UHGV virus genome: UHGV-0019907
DNA length: 45,003 nucleotides
Reading direction: 5' to 3' (one strand)
DNA from: a virus
Part shown: positions 36,927 through 44,657 of the stretch, one piece after another
How positions within the stretch are numbered: the stretch's first letter is position 1
Layout: each line of letters starts with the position of its first letter
Program-made: the position numbers and the translations under genes
Notes under the pieces: generated by a model
Database searches by the model: none
Told to the model about the DNA's origin: nothing
The model's input: the letters and a program-made list of their open reading frames with translations, nothing else

Positions 36927-37405
36927 TGAACCAACTAAAAACCAAAATCGACGAAGTGAAAGAAAAACTCGCATTAACGCAGATGCAACTATCCGAGCGT
37001 ATCGGCAAGAATCCGTATTACTTGGACACCGTGAAGCATCGCGGGGTTACAACTGAACGCCAGAATGAACTTATGCTTGAATTAGACCTAGTGGCCAACG
37101 GCGGAACGGTGATGACTGAGCGTGAAATTATCGCAGAACTCACCGAAAAAGCGGACACACTACAAAGCAGACTGAACAGCGCACAAGTAGCAAACAAGGA
37201 GCTTTGCCAAAAATTAGAACTTGCAGAAAACCAACATCGCCAGCTTGAAGAAATGTATGATTCAAATTGGGATAAGCTGCAAGAAACAAATAAACTCGTT
37301 GCATCCCTGCAAGAATACAAACAGCAATATCGCAACTTGGCAGCAACTGTACTTGTTGTTGGTGTTATTATTATTTTAGGCTTTGCGCTTTGGGGTTTAA
37401 AATGA
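36926..37405 (+). CDS. XRE-like HTH protein with coiled coil and C-terminal TM anchor
   Basis: LALTQMQLSERIGKNPYYLDTVKHRG (HTH-like), a Q/E/L-rich coiled coil and C-terminal VLVVGVIIILGFALWGL. Alternative ATG at 36920. Confidence 0.45.
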   Translation: MNQLKTKIDEVKEKLALTQMQLSERIGKNPYYLDTVKHRGVTTERQNELMLELDLVANGGTVMTEREIIAELTEKADTLQSRLNSAQVANKELCQKLELAENQHRQLEEMYDSNWDKLQETNKLVASLQEYKQQYRNLAATVLVVGVIIILGFALWGLK

Positions 37406-38520
37406 CCACTGAACAAAACATGCTGGACGCATTAATCCAGCATCAGGTTTATAGTTACAGGGCATCAACTGCGGTGGTGAATGAGCTTAACGGCTTATTC
37501 ACTAAAGCGATGAATCAGACTGCTACAAAACTTCGGGAGCTGTTAGATGAGCTAACCGATTCTGAACGTGATGCCTTACTGTCTGGCCGATACACAACTG
37601 ACACGCTCAAGGAAATCAAATCCACGTTTGACGAGCTTTACACCGCCGTAGCAATCACTGTGCCGGAAACTTTCACGGTATCAGCTATTGCGCTTGCTAC
37701 CTATGAAGCTGCTTATATTTCTAAACTTTACGGTGAAGAAATTGAACTCAATGGCAGCAAGGTCGTTGCCAACATCAAGAAAAAGCCAGTTATGGGCGGC
37801 ATGTTGTTTGATGATGTATGGAAAAACCTAGCAGAATCGACACGCAATAAAGCCTTATACGCGGTACGTCAAGGAATCGAGCAAGGAAACACGACAGCGC
37901 AAATCGTGGCTGAACTTCGCGGAAAGCGTACGCGCATGGCAGATGGGTCTTATAAATACGTTGGCGGAATTGTTGATGAAGTACGCAGAAATGGCATTGA
38001 AGCGAATGTGCGTACTATCAGGGCGACAGTGGCCAATACCGCGATGCAGGAAACATTTAGCGTTTTGGGTTATAAATATGTTAAGTTTTTCAATGTGTTA
38101 GACGGAAGGACTTCCAAGAAGTGCGCTTTTTACTCCAATAAAGTCTATAGCATTGATGAGCCGCATCCGGCTCCACCTTTGCATCCAAATTGCCGTTCCT
38201 TACTTATTGGTGTTTCTGATAAGGAAGGAAAATTAGAAGGCAAGCGGCCTTTTGTAGCATCAGATAAACCAGTATCAAAGATACCCAAAGACCAGCGCAG
38301 CGATGTTATTGGTCAGGTAGATGCAAATGTGGGCTTTAAATCGTGGTTCAATAAGCAAGATGCAGAATTTCAACGTAACTGGCTGGGTAGTTCGCGCTAT
38401 GCCTTATTCAAGAAAGGTGGATATGATCTAGATCGTTTTGTTGATCCGCTTGGGAATGAATTGACGCTTGCTGAACTTAGGGAACTCGATAGTCGCACGT
38501 TTAAGGAGTTGGGATTATGA
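37402..38520 (+). CDS. head morphogenesis protein (Mu F / SPP1 gp7 family)
   Basis: FNVLDGRTSKKCAFYSNKVYSIDEPHPAPPLHPNCRS (Phage_Mu_F signature); ATGA overlap with the upstream gene. Confidence 0.8.
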   Translation: MTTEQNMLDALIQHQVYSYRASTAVVNELNGLFTKAMNQTATKLRELLDELTDSERDALLSGRYTTDTLKEIKSTFDELYTAVAITVPETFTVSAIALATYEAAYISKLYGEEIELNGSKVVANIKKKPVMGGMLFDDVWKNLAESTRNKALYAVRQGIEQGNTTAQIVAELRGKRTRMADGSYKYVGGIVDEVRRNGIEANVRTIRATVANTAMQETFSVLGYKYVKFFNVLDGRTSKKCAFYSNKVYSIDEPHPAPPLHPNCRSLLIGVSDKEGKLEGKRPFVASDKPVSKIPKDQRSDVIGQVDANVGFKSWFNKQDAEFQRNWLGSSRYALFKKGGYDLDRFVDPLGNELTLAELRELDSRTFKELGL

Positions 38521-38711
38521 TCAAACTCATACTACAAACAAACGCAAAACACATAGAGAAATCAATTAAGGCAGCAACCGATCACTTTGTCGAAATGGAA
38601 TCAAAGTCACTCGCGGAAGTTGATATTAAGGGATTCTTAAAAGATTATGTTTCTGCGTTATTTATTTTTGACATCAGGTGCTTTAGTCTTAAAGAGGAGC
38701 AGCAACCATGA
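38517..38711 (+). CDS. hypothetical protein
   Basis: 64 aa; ATGA overlap with the Mu-F-like gene. Confidence 0.35.
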   Translation: MIKLILQTNAKHIEKSIKAATDHFVEMESKSLAEVDIKGFLKDYVSALFIFDIRCFSLKEEQQP

Positions 38712-38835
38712 CCCTAAACGAAAGAATCGACACAATTAACCTGCATATATATTTAGGAAAAAAGCAGGGCTTTGATGTTTCGTACTTAAAGGAATTGCGC
38801 TCACAGCGTTATTTAAAATCATGGGATTTGTATTT

Positions 38836-39018
38836 ATGACCCTAGAAGAAATCCGCAAGAACGCGCCAGAGGGTGCAACGCACTACAGAGTTAGAGAAAA
38901 CGGCAAGATTATGTACTACATTTTTGAGCGCGGAGAACTGTCAATAATGAGGAAGAATAACAAATTTGTTCTTAGTGCATTTAATATAGATGCCTATGAA
39001 ATCAAGCCCCTTAATTGA
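38836..39018 (+). CDS. small protein of the 'APEGA...KPL' paralog family (copy C)
   Basis: MTLEEIRKNAPEGATHY...IKPLN, with its stop in the terminator loop. The track's alternative start is at 38821. Confidence 0.5.
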   Translation: MTLEEIRKNAPEGATHYRVRENGKIMYYIFERGELSIMRKNNKFVLSAFNIDAYEIKPLN

Positions 39019-39027
39019 GGGCTTTTT
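39004..39027 (+). terminator. rho-independent terminator
   Basis: agcccc-ttaattga-gggct followed by TTTTT. Confidence 0.6.
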
Positions 39028-39107
39028 CCATTTGTTATATAAATAAAACTGATATAATATAAACGTAATCGCGTTGGGCGCGTTTAAATTAAAGCAGGGC
39101 TTTATAT

Positions 39108-39818
39108 ATGTCACTTAAATACAAGTTAGAAACGCTCGAAGGACTGGACGAAAAATTCCATGAAATGTACGAGCAAAAGGATGGCGCTTATTTTCTTAAA
39201 GTTTCAGGCGTTGTTCCAGAAGAAGAAGTCAATGGATTGAAGAAATCCAGAGATGAATTGCTTTCTGAAAAGAAAGAGCAGCAACGCAAAGCAGAAGAAG
39301 CCGAGCAGGAGCGTTTACGAATAGAACGCGAAGCACAGGAAGAATTGGCGCGTAAAAATGGCGATTGGCAGGCTTTAGAATTAAGCTACCAAGAAAAGCT
39401 ACAAGCGCGTGAAGCTGAACTTTTGGCACAGCAAGAAGCATTAACAAAGCAAGTGTACGGCTTAACAGTAGGACAGCAAGCGACTAAAATCGCAGGCGAA
39501 CTATTCAAGCCACACGCACAAGCATTAGTGACACAGTTTATTGAAAGCCGATTAACGCTAGACAATGGCGTGGTACGTGTACTTGACGCGCAGGGCAAGC
39601 CAAGTGCAATGACTTTTGATGAACTGAAAAACGAATTAAAAACCAATCCGATGTTCCAGGACATTGTGATTGTAAACACGAACTCAGGCGGCGGTGTCCC
39701 TGGTTCAGGTTTTGGCGGTGGGGCTGCTAAAAAACCAGAAGAATACTCAGTTCAAGAGATGAAAGAGCTACGTGCTTCCAATCCAGAACTGTACAATCAA
39801 TTATTTCCTTTAAAGTAA
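39108..39818 (+). CDS. scaffolding protein (putative)
   Basis: 236 aa with an E/Q/A/K-rich coiled-coil core, immediately upstream of the capsid gene. Confidence 0.55.
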   Translation: MSLKYKLETLEGLDEKFHEMYEQKDGAYFLKVSGVVPEEEVNGLKKSRDELLSEKKEQQRKAEEAEQERLRIEREAQEELARKNGDWQALELSYQEKLQAREAELLAQQEALTKQVYGLTVGQQATKIAGELFKPHAQALVTQFIESRLTLDNGVVRVLDAQGKPSAMTFDELKNELKTNPMFQDIVIVNTNSGGGVPGSGFGGGAAKKPEEYSVQEMKELRASNPELYNQLFPLK

Positions 39819-39827
39819 GAGGTTTTT

Positions 39828-40853
39828 ATGGCTTCACTAGGCAGTGTATTTGACCGCGATATTTTACTTCGCACCATTAACGCGAATCCTGAACGCTTGA
39901 CACCGTTTTGGACTTCGGGCGCATTCAACACATCAGGCCAAATCGGTCAGTTAATTGCAGGCGGTTCGCCAACTTTTGAAGTACCGTACATCATGGATAT
40001 TGATGGCGACTTGGAAGCGAACTACTCAAACGAAATCTATACCGACATCGCAATGCCGCGTTCTATTGAAGCGGGCGCAATGCAAGGCCGTATGGCGTAC
40101 CTAAACGAGCATTTCCTTGAAGCACGTTTAACTAAAGCACTTGCAGCAGGCGAACGCGCGTTACCGTTGATTGCTCAACAGGTAGATGGCCTTTGGGCGC
40201 AGCAATTCGAAAACCGTGCAGTTGCAACTGTAATCGGTATCCGTAACGCTGACCAAGCAGGCGACAAAGATTTGGAAATCAACATCGCGACAGGCTCAGC
40301 ACCGACCGATGCAAACCGTTTCAACGTGGATGCTTTCATTGATGTTGAGTCTACAATGCTTCAAGGCCAGCGTGGCACTGGTGCGCTTATCGTTCACCCG
40401 AAAGTTAAAGCAGCTATGCGTAAAGCGCAAATGCTTATCCCTTTCACCGATCCGGCAAACTTGCGTCAAGTAGACACCTACAACGGCCGTGTTGTTGTCG
40501 AATCTGAAAAAGGCACCAAGATTGACGGCACAGCAACTACCGCGCGTTATGTTTCGTATTTCGTAAACGCGGATTCATTTGTTGCTGAATCTGTACGCGG
40601 TGAACGTGACATGACGTATAGCGCGACTGAGCTGACTGGCAACGGTGCAGGCCATGAGCTATTGCATACTCGTCGTAACGTGTTAATTCACCCTCAAGGC
40701 TTTAGCTTTGTTGCAGAGGCTAGCTCGCTTACTGGTGGTACGAAAAACCAAGCGTTGTTTGCTTCATGGTCTGACTTAACGACTGCTGCAAACTGGAAAA
40801 TGGTGCTAGATGCTAAGCAAGTGCCTTTCCGCTACCTTGTAACTAACATTTAA
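39828..40853 (+). CDS. major capsid protein (putative)
   Basis: 341 aa after the scaffold gene, with a strong GAGG RBS. Assigned by position and size. Confidence 0.65.
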   Translation: MASLGSVFDRDILLRTINANPERLTPFWTSGAFNTSGQIGQLIAGGSPTFEVPYIMDIDGDLEANYSNEIYTDIAMPRSIEAGAMQGRMAYLNEHFLEARLTKALAAGERALPLIAQQVDGLWAQQFENRAVATVIGIRNADQAGDKDLEINIATGSAPTDANRFNVDAFIDVESTMLQGQRGTGALIVHPKVKAAMRKAQMLIPFTDPANLRQVDTYNGRVVVESEKGTKIDGTATTARYVSYFVNADSFVAESVRGERDMTYSATELTGNGAGHELLHTRRNVLIHPQGFSFVAEASSLTGGTKNQALFASWSDLTTAANWKMVLDAKQVPFRYLVTNI

Positions 40854-40864
40854 GGAGTAGAGCA

Positions 40865-41077
40865 ATGACTTTACCTAAAGATTTAGTAAAACCGGCTTAC
40901 AATTACACTTACCCGTCAGAGCGTCCGTATTATGACGAAACAGGCTCAACATTGGCGGCTGGCCGTGTTGCAGACCCTGCGAAATCAGGCAAGGATTACG
41001 GAATCACCGACCCGAAAGTGACCGAGCCAATTGCAGGCACGAAATCTGAAACTGGCAACGGTGCAGGCGAGGAATAG
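40865..41077 (+). CDS. small head-associated protein (hypothetical)
   Basis: 70 aa with an AGGAG RBS, followed by a strong terminator. Confidence 0.4.
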   Translation: MTLPKDLVKPAYNYTYPSERPYYDETGSTLAAGRVADPAKSGKDYGITDPKVTEPIAGTKSETGNGAGEE

Positions 41078-41100
41078 CTAGAAGGCTAAAGCAAAACAAA

Positions 41101-41128
41101 GACAGCCCCCAAATGGGGGTTTTCTTTT
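41101..41128 (+). terminator. rho-independent terminator
   Basis: cagccccc-aaat-gggggttttctttt. Confidence 0.65.
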
Positions 41129-41172
41129 GTCTGGAATAAGTGTAGGATGATAATATGTTGACAATTTAGGAG

Positions 41173-41391
41173 ATGGGAATGAGATACAGAAAAATAGATG
41201 GCTCAAATAGGATTGATGAATGGCAGGCCATGAATAAGGCAATTATTGTCTTTATTGTTTCATTCTTATTAATGGGTATTTGGGCGATTTTTTCAAAATG
41301 GATAAACCCAATTGCAGCAATACTTCCTTTTTTAATGTCAGCTTTTTGTTGCTGGTGGTTATTTTTAAATAACTATGAGGTGGAAAAATGA
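41173..41391 (+). CDS. small membrane protein (2 TM), AT-rich moron
   Basis: 72 aa with AGGAGA RBS; preceded by the conserved ATAATATGTTGACA..TTAGGAGA cassette. Confidence 0.45.
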   Translation: MGMRYRKIDGSNRIDEWQAMNKAIIVFIVSFLLMGIWAIFSKWINPIAAILPFLMSAFCCWWLFLNNYEVEK

Positions 41392-41621
41392 GAGAAGAAT
41401 TTGAGAAATTGCCGGAGATTGCAGAACTACTGATTGAAGCGCAATTTGATGAGCTGACAGGTGAATACGTTTCTTATTGGAGTTACAAGTCAGGCTATCT
41501 TAATGGCGCATGGTACGCATACCAAGAGCAGCAGAAGAAGATTGATAAACTAAGTTGCAAACACTTGTGGATTGGCAAATCTGAAAACCAGTATTGCAGT
41601 AAATGCGGAGAGGTTGATTAA
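41388..41621 (+). CDS. hypothetical protein with C-terminal CxxC..CxxC
   Basis: 77 aa; CKHLW...CSKCGEVD. Confidence 0.4.
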   Translation: MREEFEKLPEIAELLIEAQFDELTGEYVSYWSYKSGYLNGAWYAYQEQQKKIDKLSCKHLWIGKSENQYCSKCGEVD

Positions 41622-41725
41622 ATGAACCCATTAGACCTATACGCCTGCAATTGTTTTGTGATTGATTTTCGTTGTGTGAAGTGCAGTAGAATTAAACTAT
41701 AATGATTAAAAATTGAGGATTAGAT

Positions 41726-42106
41726 ATGATTTTCATCACCACAACAGACGTTGATTCTATTCTAGGCATCAGATGGACAACGGAAGATAAAAAGGCTTTA
41801 GCGGTCAATCAGGCGAATGTATGGCTTTCGACTAAGAACTTTTGCAGCGGCCTAGACCCGATTGATGACGCAATCAAACAGGCAGGCGCGAACCTTGCGC
41901 TATTGTCATCGCAAAATCTGCTGTATGTGACGCGCTCTGAGGGCATTGTGACCGAGAAAAGCGTTAAAGCCGATACAGTAGCAGTCACAAAGAAATACGC
42001 AGAAGGCAGCGAAACAGGCAAATCAGCAGAAATGATGTTTATTGACGACTTATTGCGGCCCTTCTTGTGCAAAGGTGGCGCGGTCAATACATGGGTGTGT
42101 AAATAA
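41726..42106 (+). CDS. head-tail connector/adaptor protein (putative)
   Basis: 126 aa first gene of the neck block, with a GAGGATTAGAT-ATG context. Assigned by position only. Confidence 0.4.
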   Translation: MIFITTTDVDSILGIRWTTEDKKALAVNQANVWLSTKNFCSGLDPIDDAIKQAGANLALLSSQNLLYVTRSEGIVTEKSVKADTVAVTKKYAEGSETGKSAEMMFIDDLLRPFLCKGGAVNTWVCK

Positions 42107-42378
42107 TGGAAATAGACAATAGAAAAGTGCCGTTTACAGCAACTCATTATTGCTTTGAAAGTCAAGAGTTTCTTAGAATTGGAAAAGGGCAGTATGCCGA
42201 GGTTTTTCTTAATGATAAATATTGGTATGAATGCCCTGTTTTAAAAAACTCACAGCTACCAAAAAAATATACATCCTCTGAATGCGGAAGATATATGCGG
42301 CTATTCAAAACAGGAATTTCACGCGATTTCTGCAATATGCGGTTATTCTTTATTGGCTCTAGCTATAGGATTAAATAA
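42106..42378 (+). CDS. AT-rich hypothetical protein (moron in neck module)
   Basis: 90 aa with markedly lower GC than its flanks; several Cys. Confidence 0.4.
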   Translation: MEIDNRKVPFTATHYCFESQEFLRIGKGQYAEVFLNDKYWYECPVLKNSQLPKKYTSSECGRYMRLFKTGISRDFCNMRLFFIGSSYRIK

Positions 42379-42746
42379 TGGCCGACTTAAACAACATTCA
42401 AGACGAAATCATGGCGGAAATGGCAGGTGACTTAATTGATGTTTCCTTTCCATTCACCGCCACGCGAACCATAAATGGAACGTATGACCCAGATGACCCA
42501 CCACCTAGCAACACACTATCATACAGCGGCACAGGGATTTTTGGCCTTTCGTTTACTCAACGTGATTTAGAGGTTTTTCAGGTTGAATCAAACGACATGA
42601 AGGCCATTATCTTTCAGCGCAGCTCAACCAATACGCCACAGATTGACGATACAATCACATGGCGCGGCACTGATTACAAGGTAATTAATATTGTCGTTAT
42701 CCCTGCGGATAATGGCGTGGTTTGTCAATTGAGGGCTTATCAATAA
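42378..42746 (+). CDS. head-tail joining protein (putative)
   Basis: 122 aa; ATGG overlap with the upstream gene. Assigned by position only. Confidence 0.4.
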   Translation: MADLNNIQDEIMAEMAGDLIDVSFPFTATRTINGTYDPDDPPPSNTLSYSGTGIFGLSFTQRDLEVFQVESNDMKAIIFQRSSTNTPQIDDTITWRGTDYKVINIVVIPADNGVVCQLRAYQ

Positions 42747-43096
42747 TGGCTAAAGAAATCACAATAGAGTGGTGTGTATCTCCATTTGAACACGCGAAAT
42801 ACACACTATTCACATCGCGTAAAAAGATGCGAAAGTCAGGGTTTGAGCCGATTAGTAGTGATGCGCCTGCTGCTACGCATTTTCATGATGATGAAAAAAT
42901 TGTTGTGCTGCTAGACAAGAAAGCGAATGTAACTGATTCAGAAAAGGTCGCATTATTGGTGCATGAGTCAGTACACGTATGGCAAGAAATCAGAAAGCGC
43001 ATGGGCGAAAAAGAGCCATCGTCAGAGTTTGAAGCCTATTCTGTGCAGTCTATATTTTTAGGCTTGCTTGGTCTTTATCAGGAGGGAAAGCAATGA
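42746..43096 (+). CDS. small protein with HExxH zincin-like motif
   Basis: LLVHESVHVWQ followed ~20 aa later by SEFEAYS; TAATG overlap with the upstream gene. Confidence 0.4.
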   Translation: MAKEITIEWCVSPFEHAKYTLFTSRKKMRKSGFEPISSDAPAATHFHDDEKIVVLLDKKANVTDSEKVALLVHESVHVWQEIRKRMGEKEPSSEFEAYSVQSIFLGLLGLYQEGKQ

Positions 43097-43368
43097 TCAC
43101 ACTAGACACAGCAACACTTCGATTTAGAGCCTTGAATTTGCAAGGCTGCTACATATCAGAGATTGATAACCACAACATCAAAGAAGTTCTTTTAGACGGA
43201 AAAGCCAATCATCATGTATTTTATTGTGATGTGAATTTAGGGTTCGCAATAGTATTCAAGAAAGGTTTAGATGGTGGGCTTTTAGTTGTAGATGGTGAAT
43301 TAGTGTATGATGTTTTCTTTGGCAAGGTTGAGGTGATTTTTGATGACCTGGAAAAACCCGCCGATTAA
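43093..43368 (+). CDS. neck protein (hypothetical)
   Basis: 91 aa; ATGA overlap with the upstream gene. Confidence 0.4.
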   Translation: MITLDTATLRFRALNLQGCYISEIDNHNIKEVLLDGKANHHVFYCDVNLGFAIVFKKGLDGGLLVVDGELVYDVFFGKVEVIFDDLEKPAD

Positions 43369-43720
43369 CTTCGGCTTTCAAGTGCTAGAAGATGCAGACG
43401 ACTTTTCAAAGAAGGTTGCAGGGGAGATGTTGCAGCGCGTTGTTGTGGCCACGCCAGTCGATACAGGTCAGGCTCGCGGTAACTGGCGCGTGAATGTTGG
43501 TAGTGTAGACACAAGCACGACAGAAACCACAGACCGAAGCGGACAAGGCGCAATCAGCAAAGGCATTGCAACGATTCAGGCTGGTGGTGGATTGGGTAAA
43601 GTGGTTTATATATCCAATAGTTTGCAGTACATTAGCCGCTTGAATTCGGGCTGGTCAATGCAAGCCCCTGCAAACTTTGTGCAGTTGTCTTTTCAGTCGG
43701 TTGTGAATAAATACAGATAG
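43343..43720 (+). CDS. neck / tail completion protein (putative)
   Basis: Start at MTWKNP, 6 nt after GAGGTGA; 125 aa. Confidence 0.4.
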   Translation: MTWKNPPINFGFQVLEDADDFSKKVAGEMLQRVVVATPVDTGQARGNWRVNVGSVDTSTTETTDRSGQGAISKGIATIQAGGGLGKVVYISNSLQYISRLNSGWSMQAPANFVQLSFQSVVNKYR

Positions 43721-43816
43721 TATTATAATGAAAACGTGCCTAGATTAGCTATCGAATATCGGGAAAGCCTACCGATTGGCACACCATATTTTTAGGCTGT
43801 AACTGAGGTTGGTTAT

Positions 43817-44125
43817 ATGAAATACACTATATGCAGAGAAGGCGAGTTTTTAGCCAATTCGGATGGCACCAGAAAGCTATTCGACACAAAGGAAGAAGCT
43901 GAAATTTTTAAGAACAATAATAATATAGATGCTTATGTTCATGGTTATATGAACCAAAGTGATATGAGGCAAGTTTTTGGAATTAATGCCTATAATCTTT
44001 ATAAAAGCGGAACCGAAGTTTATACGAAAATATTTGGTCTTAATTGGTCTTTGTGCAAAGCGGGCAGTTTTGATTTTAATGATTTCACGCAAGGTATCTT
44101 TGATTTTTATATAATAGACAAATAA
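43817..44125 (+). CDS. AT-rich hypothetical protein (moron with own terminator)
   Basis: 102 aa, very low GC, with a GAGGTTGGTTAT-ATG context. Followed by a strong terminator. Confidence 0.45.
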   Translation: MKYTICREGEFLANSDGTRKLFDTKEEAEIFKNNNNIDAYVHGYMNQSDMRQVFGINAYNLYKSGTEVYTKIFGLNWSLCKAGSFDFNDFTQGIFDFYIIDK

Positions 44126-44135
44126 ATGATAATAT

Positions 44136-44160
44136 AGCCCTCAAAACGAGGGCTTTTTTT
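44136..44160 (+). terminator. rho-independent terminator
   Basis: agccctc-aaaac-gagggct followed by TTTTTTT. Confidence 0.7.
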
Positions 44161-44565
44161 ATGCTTAAATCTACAGATGCAAGACTCATCATAAACAGTC
44201 GTATTAAATCGTTTACAGGCATTGCGCAAAGTCGCATACAGTGGACGAATCAGCCGAACTTTCAAATACCGACCACAGGCGAATGGTGCAGAGTTGTGAT
44301 TCAGTACAGTGATTCGCAAAGCGCGGGATTCTTCACAGAAACACTAGAACGCGATTACGGCATCATCAGTATCCAGTGCTTTGCTCGAAAAGGCACAGGC
44401 GACCTAAAACTAATTCAACTCGCTCAAGCGTGGCGTGATCATTTTCATCACTATCGCAATGGTGATTTTGAAGTCACAATGACAAATGCACCAACGGAAG
44501 CAATGGACGATGTGCAGGGTGATTTTGTTATGAGCTTGGTGCGTGTGGAGTTCCGCGTTAATTAA
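44161..44565 (+). CDS. tail completion / tail terminator-like protein (putative)
   Basis: 134 aa immediately upstream of the major tail gene. Assigned by position only. Confidence 0.4.
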   Translation: MLKSTDARLIINSRIKSFTGIAQSRIQWTNQPNFQIPTTGEWCRVVIQYSDSQSAGFFTETLERDYGIISIQCFARKGTGDLKLIQLAQAWRDHFHHYRNGDFEVTMTNAPTEAMDDVQGDFVMSLVRVEFRVN

Positions 44566-44657
44566 TCAGTAAATCTGATACTTACAATTAATTGCATTTA
44601 TTAGCCTAATAATAGAAAATAGGGCTGATATATATCAATTCCACGTGGAGAATAACG

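Noticed and set aside
38706-38839. Apparent 43 aa ORF between 38517..38711 and the third APEGA-family gene.
   Set aside because: Recounting the A8 run at 38756-38763 shows the ATG frame terminates at TAA after 25 codons. The frame ending at 38839 has no start codon.
37018-39679. Antisense ORFs 37018..37416, 37140..37346, 39229..39447 and 39386..39679.
   Set aside because: They are embedded in the + strand HTH-TM and scaffold genes and have Cys/Ser-rich artefactual translations.
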